Source of the DNA: Histomonas meleagridis 2922-C6/04-290x
Taxonomy: Eukaryota; Protista; Parabasalia
Length of the DNA: 64,000 bases
Direction: 5' to 3'
Assembly (NCBI GenBank): GCA_020184695.1
Contig: JAANOX010000212.1
Coordinates: forward strand, 1-64,000
Part shown: one piece after another, positions 48,789 through 60,565 of the stretch
Layout: every line of letters starts with the position of its first letter
Numbering within the stretch: position 1 is the first letter of the stretch
Notes under the pieces: model-generated
The model's database searches: none
What the model saw: the letters and a program-made list of their open reading frames with translations, nothing else
What the model was told of the DNA's origin: nothing
Program-made: the position numbers and the translations under genes

Positions 48789-51700
48789 CTATTTATTTCC
48801 AATTATTTTAACATTCTGTGGTACAAATTTCATATTTTCGAATGGTTCTTTATTTCCTTCTTCATTTTTCTTCTGTAAACTTTCAACTTCTTGTTTTAAC
48901 AAATGTATTTGCAACGCTTTAAATTGTTCTGGTTTCATTGTTTTCTTTAAATGTTGTATATAATCGAAAGTAGACATTTCTAAGACAATTGGATTAGAAG
49001 TTTTACTTTTATGATTTTCATGAAGTTTTTTAAACGCGTCGAACAAAATTTTTTGTTGTTGTCTAACTTCAAATTGTTGTTGTTGAATATATCCTATTTC
49101 CTTTCTGAAAGGATTAACATAATTTGTTACGACGTGTGGAATTCTTGGTGCGTTAACAGTTAATTCCTTTAAGAAGTAAAAGAATTGACTTTCATCATGT
49201 AAGAACTCGGGTATATTACTATTAATTTTTAGATAAGTTTGATCCAAAGTTTCCAAATATTTTATATCGTCTTCATTTAAATGGTTTACAAACGAATTTT
49301 TTGGTGATAACAAAATTATTGATAAATAATCGATTCCATATTTCATTATATTATCGAATAATTCTATCGAATGTCTATTTGTCCACCAATTTTTACCTTT
49401 TGGAACAATGTTATCTAAAATGTTTTCTAAAGTCGGCAAATATTTAATTGCTTTCTTAATTAGCGCTAAAATTAATAATCGTTTTATAGTAATTTTAATT
49501 TCTTCATTATCAATTTCAATGTTCTCTTGGAAACCAATTGGAGCAACACTAACGTTAGTAACTTCTTCTGGTATTATATACGTTGATTGATTTTGATGAT
49601 TAATCATTTGTCTGAACGTATTAATTAAATATTGTAACATGTACGCAACCATTTCAGGTGTTTTACTCATTATATTAACTTTAGAATGTAATTGTTTTAT
49701 CGGTAATAACAACAAATTCGACCCAAAGTTACGTAATACTGAAAGTAATGTTAAAATTTCACTTTTTGTCCAAAAGTCAATGATCATTCTTTCGACGGGT
49801 ATAGTACGCATTAAAAGTTGACCCTTTATAACAGAGAATATATTCCCTATTCGATTAACATCAGTATTAATTTGTTGATTCGATATTAACATGTCATATA
49901 ATTCATGATCCGTATGATGTTGTAGTTGTTCAATTGAAGGTGGTAAATTCTCAAATGGAAATTGTATATGTTCATCATCTTTACGCCATTCATTAATGAT
50001 TAAATGATGTTCCAAATTCGACAGAAATGTTAACGCTGTCTTGTGAATATGATTACTAATTAATTTACATGAATAACCTTCGCCATTTAATGAACTTCGT
50101 TTAGAAAAGATGGAATACCAATCTGAATCATCATTACACATTACATATGATAAATCAAATGATGAAATATCTTTCTTAAGTTGTAATAATAAAAATGGAA
50201 AACATACAACTTTCGTCCAATCAATTGCACGGAAATGTAATATCGTTGCGACTTGACAAAACTTTTGAAGTTGTTCAATAGGACAAATATAATGTATTGA
50301 TGCATGAATAGCTTCCCATTCACCATAACCATGTAATTCGAGAAATTGTATTATTCGTTTTGCGACTTTCGCATCAAATTGGACCTTTTGGACACGTTCT
50401 TTTTTGTTTTTCTTTTTCGTAACACTACTAATTGTTGATGGATCAAATGGAAACATCTCTAAAAATTGTTCATTATCTAATCCTAATGAACAATCAACTT
50501 TAGGTATAAATCTTGAATTAGATTCTTCTAATTCGGATATATCTATAATTGTTGCCATGTTTTCTAAAACATCTTCAAAACTATGATTCTTTTTAGTCTT
50601 ATATTGATCTATTGGTGGTGGCTCTTTAATATTACTTTCTTTTGGAATTTGAATATCATCTGATACATTTATTTGATATAATGTAATGTTGTCTAATGCA
50701 GACATTTCATTTTGGATTGCTGGATTTAATAATAATGAATTTTGTTGTTGAACATTTTTTGGATTTTCTTCCGATTTTACGATTTGTGCTAATGATGGAT
50801 CTGTTATAACTCCATTACCTAATAAAGTTTTCCATAATTTCATTTTCCGTTGTGCACGTGCAAACATTTCATGTTCATATGTTCCATAAGTTATTAATCT
50901 TAAAACATCGACTTTTTGCGTTTGGCCAATTCGGTGACAACGGCCTAAAGCTTGTAAATCATTTTGAGGGTTCCAATCAGGATCGAAAATGATAGTTATT
51001 GAAGCCTTCGTTAAGTTTAATCCTTCTGAACCAGATCTTGTTGATATCAAAAATATGAAAACATCTTTTGTAGGATCTAAAAACTTCTTTATTGCAACAT
51101 CTTTTTCATTATCATTCATATTCCCTGTTAATATTTCATGTGGATATTTCTTAAGTTGACAATATTCGTCTAAAATTTTTAATATTTTTAATCTTTGTGA
51201 GAATATTAAAACTGATCTTTGTTCTTTCCTAAATATCGGTAATATTTTATCAAGAAATATTAATTTGGATGAACAATTAATTAATAATTGTAATCGTGAA
51301 ATTTTATATTTGCCAGTATAATATTGTTCGGCACCTTTAACTAAAAATGGATGATTACAAATACGATGTAACATATTCGATTCATTTAAGTTACAATCAT
51401 TTGATAATCGATATAATTCATGCATTAATGTTAATCGTGTTAATTCTTTTTGCGTTTTCGTTAATTGTAAAAACGCAATTTTTTCATCTTTCGGTATAAT
51501 ACTTTTCTCAACTTCTAATAAAGATCTTCTCATTAAATGTGGCGCAATTAACTTTTTAAGTTCATCAAGTTCATCAGGTTCTAAACTTTCTACATCATCT
51601 TCAGGAAATGTCGAATCTCCTAAAAAATAATTCGGACTAACGAAATGTAATAAATTCCATAGTTCTTTAAGTGTGCTTTGGATTGGTGTACCTGTTAATA

Positions 51701-52883
51701 TAATTCGATGTTGATATGGAATGTTCGTAAACGCTTTATGCTTCTTTCCATTGTCATTCTTAATTCGATGTCCTTCATCAACACATATTATTTGCCATGG
51801 AATATTTCGGAACTCTGTATAATCTTTCAAAAAAATATCATACGAAATTAATAAAATATTAAACCCAAATTTGTTCGGTTCAATTTCGCCTGATTCATTA
51901 ATGGATGGAAATGAATACGTTCGATATGTTGAACGTTGTTCTGGCGCTCCATAATATGGTACATATTTAAAGTCGGTCCAACGTTCGATCTCCGAACGCC
52001 ACTGTCGATATGTATTAGTACGAACTGCAATTATATGTGGACCATGATATGATGTATGCAGATCTAAATATTTCAAAAACATTAGGCATTCAATGGTCTT
52101 GCCTAAGCCCATCTCATCTGCTAGGATACAGCCATGATTAGAACAAAAGCATTTAAGTAACCAATTAATTCCGACAATTTGATAATCGCGTGGAATACAA
52201 TTATCTCGGGATTTGTATTCCTCAGCTTCTTCAGGGGTTATAACAAGAGAGTCAGGTCGAGTAGTATGAACAATTGGATCGATTGATACTTTTGTAGATA
52301 AATAATGTTCAACTAGATTTCGTGGGATGTCATCTGTTTCTTTTTCCCACGAAAAAACAGTCCCTTGGTCAAGCGTATATTCTAAAAGAAACTCTTGGAG
52401 ATTTGGCGCATATGGACATTTCCGATTTGATATAACATGAATTGGTGAATCATAAGATATGCTAAATTCACGTGTTGATGTATCATAAAATTTGAATTTA
52501 CTCTCTGTTTCATTGAATTTTTTTAATAAACGTGCAAAATTTGAAACTTCATTTGCCATAAAATCAACAATCCACTGTGCAAAAATTCCTTCTTGATGTT
52601 GAAATGTAACGAGATATTCAAGGCCATTATTTGATTTACGTGACAAATAAATATGATCGATTTTATCATTTTCATAATATTGTTCTGAATATTCTTCTTC
52701 TTCAAGTAATTCTTCAAGTTCTGGATTTAATTCTTGATAACTGATTGATTTATTAAAATTTCGTTCGGAATGTCGAGGTACAAAATTTGCAGGTAACTCA
52801 TAAGATTCATAATTTGAATACTCGTCTGATGAATCATCTTTTAGCTTTTTTTTGGAATACGAAGAAGACGTAGAGTTATGCAT
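48789..52883 (-). CDS. SNF2-family chromatin remodeller, CHD-like
   Basis: CILADEMGLGKT, VDEGHRIKN, TGTPIQ, WNPQNDLQALGRCHRIGQ; chromodomain-like LEYLVTF..QW upstream. Confidence 0.85.
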   Translation of the reverse strand: MHNSTSSSYSKKKLKDDSSDEYSNYESYELPANFVPRHSERNFNKSISYQELNPELEELLEEEEYSEQYYENDKIDHIYLSRKSNNGLEYLVTFQHQEGIFAQWIVDFMANEVSNFARLLKKFNETESKFKFYDTSTREFSISYDSPIHVISNRKCPYAPNLQEFLLEYTLDQGTVFSWEKETDDIPRNLVEHYLSTKVSIDPIVHTTRPDSLVITPEEAEEYKSRDNCIPRDYQIVGINWLLKCFCSNHGCILADEMGLGKTIECLMFLKYLDLHTSYHGPHIIAVRTNTYRQWRSEIERWTDFKYVPYYGAPEQRSTYRTYSFPSINESGEIEPNKFGFNILLISYDIFLKDYTEFRNIPWQIICVDEGHRIKNDNGKKHKAFTNIPYQHRIILTGTPIQSTLKELWNLLHFVSPNYFLGDSTFPEDDVESLEPDELDELKKLIAPHLMRRSLLEVEKSIIPKDEKIAFLQLTKTQKELTRLTLMHELYRLSNDCNLNESNMLHRICNHPFLVKGAEQYYTGKYKISRLQLLINCSSKLIFLDKILPIFRKEQRSVLIFSQRLKILKILDEYCQLKKYPHEILTGNMNDNEKDVAIKKFLDPTKDVFIFLISTRSGSEGLNLTKASITIIFDPDWNPQNDLQALGRCHRIGQTQKVDVLRLITYGTYEHEMFARAQRKMKLWKTLLGNGVITDPSLAQIVKSEENPKNVQQQNSLLLNPAIQNEMSALDNITLYQINVSDDIQIPKESNIKEPPPIDQYKTKKNHSFEDVLENMATIIDISELEESNSRFIPKVDCSLGLDNEQFLEMFPFDPSTISSVTKKKNKKERVQKVQFDAKVAKRIIQFLELHGYGEWEAIHASIHYICPIEQLQKFCQVATILHFRAIDWTKVVCFPFLLLQLKKDISSFDLSYVMCNDDSDWYSIFSKRSSLNGEGYSCKLISNHIHKTALTFLSNLEHHLIINEWRKDDEHIQFPFENLPPSIEQLQHHTDHELYDMLISNQQINTDVNRIGNIFSVIKGQLLMRTIPVERMIIDFWTKSEILTLLSVLRNFGSNLLLLPIKQLHSKVNIMSKTPEMVAYMLQYLINTFRQMINHQNQSTYIIPEEVTNVSVAPIGFQENIEIDNEEIKITIKRLLILALIKKAIKYLPTLENILDNIVPKGKNWWTNRHSIELFDNIMKYGIDYLSIILLSPKNSFVNHLNEDDIKYLETLDQTYLKINSNIPEFLHDESQFFYFLKELTVNAPRIPHVVTNYVNPFRKEIGYIQQQQFEVRQQQKILFDAFKKLHENHKSKTSNPIVLEMSTFDYIQHLKKTMKPEQFKALQIHLLKQEVESLQKKNEEGNKEPFENMKFVPQNVKIIGNK

Positions 52884-54505
52884 TCCAAAATATGGAGTGC
52901 CCGAAATTCTTTTGAATGAGGGTTTTATTTGGAATTCGTTTTTTTTGATTCAAATTAAAAACTTTACAATTATTTCCCCACAAATTATAGAAAGACAAAA
53001 ATTTTTACAAACAAGATTTGTTTCACAAAATTTTCTTGTCTATGATTCAAAATCTTATTCAAATACTGTTCAAAAAGAATTATGAACCAGTTCTAGTATT
53101 ACAACAGCATGAATAATGTGAAATTGAGATCTTTCTTTAGAATGTTTTTTTGAACTTTATTAACTGGATTTTAATAAAACATAAAAAAATATTTTGTTTG
53201 TTTATATATTAACAAAGTGATTGTTTTACAACATCTTAGGTCATAACTTTGTGTATTGATAAATTTTAATTTCTTCCATAGGAGATGACACTTCAGATGC
53301 TAACAGAGCATTTTTTAGTTTATTACTAATTAATTGGTTCATTACATATGAATAAGTTAAGCTATAATTTAAATATGCAAAAGATCAAGGAAACCTAATA
53401 GACAATATCGAAATATAAATGCTTACAAATATTTCATTTAAATGTTAAAAAAGTTTTGGTCAATGATTACATATCGATTAATGTGATCAATGCTGTAACC
53501 AAGATGAAACAAATCAAATGGTCAATTAAAAATATGGAAATAAGGTATATAAAAAAAGGAATTACATGATTCACCAGATCATTAAACAAATTAAAATGAA
53601 AAAAATATGAATTTAAAATATAAATAATTTCATATTTACATTTTATATTAAAACTTTCCAAAATTAAAATAATTAATATGTCAACTTGAGATTCGAAGCA
53701 GGCTTTAATTTAAAATATAATTGTTTTTGCATGTAACTTTTTTTCTACAGGAAATTGAACGATTTCATTTTCTGTAATATGATACAACTTACTAAATTAT
53801 TATTGAATAATGATGAAATACTTTTCGAACAAATACATATATCAAAAATAAATGAAACCAATAAGATTATTATTCAAGTGTTATTTGAGTCATGTTTTTG
53901 ATAATTTTTCTTGTGATCTAGAAGTAACTTTACATCATTGTGAATTCCTTTTGTACATTTATCATTTTTTGTGTGTTTATTAACAACATATAGTTAAATG
54001 TTATAATGTATGTTTTAGCTTTAATGATTTCCATATGCTTATATGTTTAAATCGACTTTGGATACTTATATTTCTATTGTTTTCTGTGAGCAACTAATCA
54101 TTATCGATGTATGCTTTATTTCCATTTATTGGAAATGATAATTTGATGTTCAGAGAAGATAACTATGAACCGAAATTATCGTTTATATTTTTCACTATGT
54201 TGGCTCACTACTATTTTTATGGAATTTTTTTTTTCAAGCTTAAAATCATGTTCTTTTGGTGGCACGTTTCACTCGACCTAAACTTTTTGAATTAAATGAC
54301 TGTTCTATTTTCGTATTCAAATCCAGCAGAATGTCTCAAAATTGAATCACGTGTCAGATATAACCGTTTTAAGCGGGATTTTGACAACCCATTGAATTAA
54401 GATCACAAATCTATTTTGATACTCAACGTTTAATAATTATTCAAAAAGTTAATGAGATTCTGTGATGTCAAAACGGTTTTATTTAAGAGGAAAACCGATT
54501 TTCAT

Positions 54506-55582
54506 ATGATTCCTTCCTCACGATCCCCTCTCTTGAACAAATACACAATCGAACAAGAATTACCACAGGGGTTCCTTGGCCCAACTGTCCTTATTAGGCA
54601 CCAAGAGAACAAAACATTACACATATGTAAAATTTGTAAAAAATGTTTTATTGGTTCTTTGGAAAAAATTAACTCTTTTCGCAAAAGGCTAAAGGATATT
54701 TCTCAGTGTAAGGATTCATTTGTTGTTTCGTTTACTGAAGTTATTGAAACTCAAGAAGAATTCTTTATGATTAGACCATACATCACACATGAATCACTTT
54801 CAGAATTCTTACAGCATTCTTCTCTCACAGTAGAAACAATTTTGGAAATCTGGCAAAGTATTGTTCATTGTGTTAGTTCTCTTCATTCATTATCAATATG
54901 CGCATTACCACTCAAACCTAGTAACATCTATATGATGCCTAATCGGGTTGTTGTACTCACTGACCAATATGAATTATCATCAGATATTTCTTGGGCTTTA
55001 CAAACTTCTGATCCTTCTCATTTAGCTTTTGTTGCGCCTGAATATTTCCTTAAGACCAGTCCTCCTTCTCAACATTCGGATGTTTGGTCATTAGGAATGA
55101 TATTATGTTATATGTGCCTCCGTTCTCTTCCTTTCTCAACAAAAAACGTGTTCACAATGATTAAAATGATTACAGAAAACCCATTTAGAATTCCAAATGA
55201 ACTTCCATCTGACGTAATTTCGATATTAAGATCAATCTTTGTAATGCCGCCAAATTTAAGACCAAACGCATCTTTTTTCTGTGATTCAAAAGGAATCGAG
55301 ATCATCAGAAATAGGCAACGAAGTTGTTCTGATCCAAATAGATTATATAATTCAAATACAAATATTGGTTATTATAATTCTTTTGATAGAGCTAATCGAG
55401 GCTCACTGCGGATGTCTGGGAGGCAAGTATTGGATCCAAAACACAGAGTATTTCTCCAGCTTTCCAAAGCCAATTCTGTTAAAAACAGAAAAATATTCCC
55501 TTTTCAGCATACATCTTCATACTCAGTCAGATGTCGATTTTCTGTTCCAAGCGGTTCTCAAGATAGTGGTGAAACTGATTGA
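54506..55582 (+). CDS. CAMK-like pseudokinase; ORF track start 54452, likely Met at 54506
   Basis: Kinase fold with ALPLKPSN replacing HRDLKPxN and TDQY replacing DFG; FVAPE and DVWSLG retained. Confidence 0.75.
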   Translation: MIPSSRSPLLNKYTIEQELPQGFLGPTVLIRHQENKTLHICKICKKCFIGSLEKINSFRKRLKDISQCKDSFVVSFTEVIETQEEFFMIRPYITHESLSEFLQHSSLTVETILEIWQSIVHCVSSLHSLSICALPLKPSNIYMMPNRVVVLTDQYELSSDISWALQTSDPSHLAFVAPEYFLKTSPPSQHSDVWSLGMILCYMCLRSLPFSTKNVFTMIKMITENPFRIPNELPSDVISILRSIFVMPPNLRPNASFFCDSKGIEIIRNRQRSCSDPNRLYNSNTNIGYYNSFDRANRGSLRMSGRQVLDPKHRVFLQLSKANSVKNRKIFPFQHTSSYSVRCRFSVPSGSQDSGETD

Positions 55583-55671
55583 TATGTTTTTAAAGAATTC
55601 TATCGAATATTTGAGTAATTTTTTGTAAAGTTCTTATTTGTTTTGGACGATCAAATTGAATTGAATTTTTG

Positions 55672-55676
55672 TCATT
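55672..55676 (+). promoter_or_regulatory. Inr-like element (TCATT) just upstream of the NMNAT ATG
   Basis: gTCATTtttATG fits the trichomonad initiator consensus TCA(+1)Y(T/A). Confidence 0.6.
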
Positions 55677-55679
55677 TTT

Positions 55680-56327
55680 ATGGAGCCTGAAACACAAGAT
55701 GCAATTATAACTTTTGTTGGTTGTTTCAACCCACCAACAAATGGACATTTACATGCTATTGCAGCTGGATATGATTATTTAAAATCAATTGGATATAATA
55801 TGAAAAAAGCAATAATTGTTCCTGCTCATGGAGGTTATTCAAAATCATCTTTAAAGACAACGGAGGATCGTCAAAGACTTGAAATGTGTAGGTTAATGGC
55901 AGAGAAAACAGATTTCATTGAAGTTGATAGCGTAGAAATTGATAAAGATCACTGGTCAAGAACAATAGACACACTTGAATACCTTAAAGCTAAATACCCT
56001 AACACTAGAATTTTCTTGTTGTGTGGTATTGACACAGTTGAAGCTTTTCCAAAAACTTGGAGAAAGCCAGATGTCATCAGAATCATTGAAGAATTTGGTG
56101 TTGTGGTCCTACCACGAAAGGAAAAGATCGAAAACATAGAAGACCATTGTGATTATTTCAAGGGGCGAATGAAATATGTTCATGTGATTGAAAATAATCC
56201 AATGGATCAAGTAAGTTCTACTATTGTAAGAAACTTGATTAGCCAAGGAAAACATGCAACAGGATTAATTTCACCAGAAGTTGAAGAATACATCTTGAAA
56301 AATAATCTTTTTGTAAATCCTGAATAA
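55680..56327 (+). CDS. NMNAT: Nicotinamide/nicotinate mononucleotide adenylyltransferase (eukaryotic type)
   Basis: GCFNPPTNGH, RLEMCRL, LLCGID, VSSTIVR. Confidence 0.9.
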   Translation: MEPETQDAIITFVGCFNPPTNGHLHAIAAGYDYLKSIGYNMKKAIIVPAHGGYSKSSLKTTEDRQRLEMCRLMAEKTDFIEVDSVEIDKDHWSRTIDTLEYLKAKYPNTRIFLLCGIDTVEAFPKTWRKPDVIRIIEEFGVVVLPRKEKIENIEDHCDYFKGRMKYVHVIENNPMDQVSSTIVRNLISQGKHATGLISPEVEEYILKNNLFVNPE

Positions 56328-56445
56328 ATTTTTTATACAAATAATATACCTTTTATATTCCATACATTAAAAAGCTTTATGTCGAAACTATTTTGCAAGA
56401 AATATAAATTTAAAAAAATCAAATAATAAAATATTTTTTTTTCAT

Positions 56446-56488
56446 CATACATGTTCATAACATCCATACATGTTCATAACATCCATAC
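56446..56488. repeat. 19-nt tandem repeat (2 copies plus partial), intergenic
   Basis: catacatgttcataacatc x2 followed by catac. Confidence 0.85.
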
Positions 56489-56614
56489 GTGTAAACTCTT
56501 AATTTTATGGTTTCATTTTGAATATTATTATATAATTGAAGAAAATCTGATCGATTTGGAATTATTTTTTCTAAACGTTCTTAGTTAACGGACATGATTT
56601 AACGTCTTTTTAAA

Positions 56615-59209
56615 ATGGAACAAAATGAAAGCTTTTCTGATGACTTCATAAAAGCAAAATCAAAAAATAATCAACCTAAAAAATTAACAATTTTTCATTC
56701 AGATTTTACTAATGGTTCAGAAAAGCTAAAAGAAATTAAACCTATTTTAAATTTCATCAATATTCAAGAACTTTCACTAATCGGTCATTTATTAAAAAAA
56801 GTATCTGCTTTAAATTCGCTTCCAAAATTAACACGTCTTAATTTAAGTTGGAATCACATTGAGTCTTTATCAGATTTTTTGGAACTAAAAAATATTGAAG
56901 AGTTAACATTAAATCACAATAGGATTCAACGTGTGCCAAAAGGTATTAAATCATTAACAAAATTGCGAATATTTCGGATTTGTTACAATAAATTATCAAA
57001 TAAAAGTGATTTTATTCACTTGATTCCTTTATCAAATCTCATATGTCTTGATGTTGAAGGCTGTCCAATATCACATCAAGATGATTCATTACTTTATGGA
57101 ATCTATTCACTCCCACAACTTATGATTTTAAATCGTAATGCAATAACAATTGAACGTAGAAGAAGCGCAGCTGAAAGATTCGAAAGGTTCGAAATTCAAG
57201 AATTAAGCAAGTCTAATGATCATTTAATCAAAGAAAAAGAAACATTAAAAATTCAATTAGATAAAACAAAAAACAAATGTAATAGTTTGGAAGGAGAAAA
57301 ACAAAAATATAAAGAAATAATTTCAAAGAATAATGATGATTTTAAACAATTACAAGATTATGCTTTAAATTTACAAAGTAAAATTCAAAAAGAAAAACTT
57401 AAATCAGCACAAATTGAAAAAGATAAAAAATCAATGGAAGAAAAACATGAAAATGAAATTGGTCAAATTAAAAACAAGTATGTAATTCTTGAAGATAAAT
57501 CGAGTAAATTAGAACAAAAAAATGCAGACTTAACACAAAACATTTTTCTTTTGAAAACAGAAAGCAAATCCAAAGATAAAGAAAATATACAATTACAAAA
57601 TGAAATTTCTAAAATGAAACAAGATAATAATGAATTAAAACAAAATAATAACATGTTGAAACAAAATAATAATGAATTAAAACAAGACAATAATAAGTTG
57701 AAACAAGATAATGATGAATTGAAGCAAGGTAATAATGAATTAAAACGAGAAATTGAAAAATGTTCAAATGAAATCAAAGATATTGCTACTAAAAATGAAA
57801 ATAAAATTTTTGATTTAAATAATGAAATTAAAAGTTTAAAGGATAACTTAGAAGATACAAAAAACAATAAGAAAAAAATTGAAAATCAATGTGAAACTCA
57901 AAAAACATATTATGAAGAACAGCTCAAAAAATTATCATTACAAATCGAAGGATTAAACAATGAAATTAATTTAATAAAATCAAAGAAAAATAAGAATAAA
58001 AAAGAATATCAAAAAAATCTTAATGATCAAAAAATGCAATACGAACAACTTTTAAATCAATCCAAATCAAATGAAAATCTTATTAATGAGCTTCAAAAAG
58101 AAAACGATAAATTAAAACAAGATATTAATTCAAGAAAATTTTCAGAAGATGAAGTTAAAAATTCGTTAAGTCAATTAGAATCCCAATTTTCGAAGACGCA
58201 AGATCATTTTAAAACTAAATATGTAGATTTATCACATGAGAAAAAGAAACAAACGAAAGAAATCGAAAAATTAAGAATTGAAAATGAGTCATTACAAAAG
58301 ACAATATTAAAACACGTAGAAATTGAAAATGCGCTTAACTTATCAATAAATTCATTACAAAATAGAATGGAAGCAGCTGAAGAAAATTATCGTCAAATAA
58401 TTAATGGGCTTTATGAACAATTTGAAACATTAAATAAAACTTCTAAAAATATGGTTTCTAAAGAGATTCTTAATTATGTAAAAATGAAGTTAAAAGATGC
58501 AACAGCAAAGCAAAAAGTTAACGAAGAAAAAATTAATGTTTTAAATGATAAATTAAATCAAAGTAACAATGAAATTCAACAAAAACGTAACTTATTAGAA
58601 TTAGCTAATAATGGACTTGATGTATCAAAGGAAAAAATACAAGTAATTAAAAATAAACAACTCGAAATTGAGAAGAAACTTAATTTAAAAACTAAAAAGA
58701 ATAATGAGTTAAAAGAAGAAATAAAAAATTTACAAAATGAATTACAACAAATCAAAATTGAACAAGAAAATACACTTCAAATCAATCAAAATGATCAAGA
58801 ACAATTTTCAATTATTAAATCTTATGTTGATGATTTATATAAATTTTTATCTGGAAAACAAATTGGAGATTCAAATAAAGTTATTAAAAATATATTAAAT
58901 AAGTTAAACCCAATTTTTGATTTATTTTCTTATCCTAATATATCATATCAAATTGATCCAAAAGAATTAAAAATTATAAATAAAATAAAATCAGAATTAA
59001 AATTAATTACTAATACAACTGAACCAATTAAAGAAAATGAAGAAAATTCATCAATTTTATCTGAACTTCATCAAATAGAAAAATTAATTAAACTTGCAAA
59101 AGAAAAATTTGAAGAAAAAGAACTTTACATTGAAAGTTTATCAGAACTTACGCAACAACAGCATTCTACAATTCTCAGCTTGTCAAATATCAATGATGAT
59201 ATTCTCTAA
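56615..59209 (+). CDS. SDS22-type LRR + long coiled-coil protein (centriolin-like architecture)
   Basis: LTRLNLSWNHI, IEELTLNHNRI, LICLDVEGCPI, LPQLMILN (LRRcap), then ~650 aa coiled coil. Confidence 0.75.
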   Translation: MEQNESFSDDFIKAKSKNNQPKKLTIFHSDFTNGSEKLKEIKPILNFINIQELSLIGHLLKKVSALNSLPKLTRLNLSWNHIESLSDFLELKNIEELTLNHNRIQRVPKGIKSLTKLRIFRICYNKLSNKSDFIHLIPLSNLICLDVEGCPISHQDDSLLYGIYSLPQLMILNRNAITIERRRSAAERFERFEIQELSKSNDHLIKEKETLKIQLDKTKNKCNSLEGEKQKYKEIISKNNDDFKQLQDYALNLQSKIQKEKLKSAQIEKDKKSMEEKHENEIGQIKNKYVILEDKSSKLEQKNADLTQNIFLLKTESKSKDKENIQLQNEISKMKQDNNELKQNNNMLKQNNNELKQDNNKLKQDNDELKQGNNELKREIEKCSNEIKDIATKNENKIFDLNNEIKSLKDNLEDTKNNKKKIENQCETQKTYYEEQLKKLSLQIEGLNNEINLIKSKKNKNKKEYQKNLNDQKMQYEQLLNQSKSNENLINELQKENDKLKQDINSRKFSEDEVKNSLSQLESQFSKTQDHFKTKYVDLSHEKKKQTKEIEKLRIENESLQKTILKHVEIENALNLSINSLQNRMEAAEENYRQIINGLYEQFETLNKTSKNMVSKEILNYVKMKLKDATAKQKVNEEKINVLNDKLNQSNNEIQQKRNLLELANNGLDVSKEKIQVIKNKQLEIEKKLNLKTKKNNELKEEIKNLQNELQQIKIEQENTLQINQNDQEQFSIIKSYVDDLYKFLSGKQIGDSNKVIKNILNKLNPIFDLFSYPNISYQIDPKELKIINKIKSELKLITNTTEPIKENEENSSILSELHQIEKLIKLAKEKFEEKELYIESLSELTQQQHSTILSLSNINDDIL
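57614..57745 (+). repeat. 21-nt (heptad) tandem repeat within the coiled coil
   Basis: KQDNNEL KQNNNML KQNNNEL KQDNNKL KQDNDEL KQGNNEL. Confidence 0.85.
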
Positions 59210-59273
59210 GCAAAATTTCGGATTGCGAACAAAAGTGGCAAGTGAACGGCTTGGCACTTTTCTTTCAAATTGA

Positions 59274-59278
59274 TCATT
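59274..59278 (+). promoter_or_regulatory. Inr-like element (TCATT) upstream of NuoF
   Basis: gaTCATTtcatcaaATG, in a 76-bp intergenic gap. Confidence 0.55.
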
Positions 59279-59285
59279 TCATCAA

Positions 59286-60565
59286 ATGCTTGCATCTTTA
59301 TCTCATTCTAGAGGAATTAGAACAAAATTCCTGACAAAGGAAAATATAATTTACAAGAATCTTTATGGTGATGAAGGGGCTGATCTTGAATCCGCTAAAA
59401 AACGTGGCGATTGGTCTGACACAGATAAATTCATTCAAAATGGTCATGACTGGATTCAAGCAGAAGTCAAAACATCTGAAATTCGTGGTCGTGGTGGTGC
59501 AGGATTTTCTACTGGTGTAAAATGGAGTTTTGTACCGCAAAATGAAAATCAACCACATTATCTCATTGTTAACGCGGATGAAGGTGAGCCTGGTACATGC
59601 AAAGATCGTAACATTCTTACATATGAGCCACACAAAATCGTTGAAGGAGCTCTTCTTTCAGCATATGCCATTCGTGCACATCGTTCCTATGTTTATATCC
59701 GTGGAGAGTTTAGGCATGAAGCCAAGTGCCTGCAAAAAGCAATTGATGAAGCCTATGCCGCCAAATTAGTTGGAAAGAATAATAAATTTGGTTGGGACTT
59801 TGACATATCAATTCATCGTGGCGCTGGAGCATATGTCTGTGGTGAAGAGACTGCGCTTCTTAATTCCATTGAAGGACTTCCAGGTCGGCCCAGATTCAAA
59901 CCTCCATATCCAGCCATCAAAGGACTCTACAAATGCCCTACAGTTGTTAACAACGTCGAAACCATCTCTTCCATCCCCACCATTCTTCGTCGTGGTGGTA
60001 AATGGTTTTCACAAATTGGAGTCAAAGGCTCCAAGGGCACCAAAATCTATTGTGTTAGTGGTTGTGTGAATAATCCATGTATTTTTGAGGAAGCCATGGG
60101 GGTTCCATTGAGAGATCTTATTGAGATTCATGCCGGGGGAGTCCGCGGCGGATGGGATAATCTTCTTGGAGTGATTCCGGGAGGTTTATCATGTCCAATT
60201 TTGTCTCCTAAGCAGGTCGAAGATGCCATAATGTCATATGATGACCTTATTGCTAAAGGCTCGGCGCTTGGAACAGGTGCAATCATTGTGCTTGATAAGG
60301 ATGTGGACTTAGCCGGTGCGTTTGCGAGAGTTTCGTCATTTTATCGCCATGAGTCTTGTGGACAATGCGGACCTTGCAGAGAAGGAACCGCAAAAATGGC
60401 CGAAATTATGGAAAGGATTGCAAGCGGAAAGAGGACTTGTATGACTTGGAGCATACGGCACAAAATACAAATAATTGTATTTGCGCTTTGGCAGGTGCTT
60501 CTTCGGATCCAATTAAGGGAATGTTAAGACACTTTAGACAGGACATAATGAAATTACTGAAATAA
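59286..60565 (+). CDS. nuoF: Hydrogenosomal NADH dehydrogenase 51-kDa subunit (NuoF), frameshifted near 60430
   Basis: GRGGAGFSTGVKW, NADEGEPGTCKD, GAGAYVCGEETALL, ESCGQCGPCREG; C-terminus with the fourth Fe-S Cys (NNCICALAGASSDPIKG) is in another frame (ORF 60356-60565); presequence-like MLASLSHSR. Confidence 0.93.

Noticed and set aside
53100-54300. 1.2-kb AT-rich gap with short ORFs (53467-53661, 54107-54295)
   Set aside because: No recognisable motifs, repeats or coding bias
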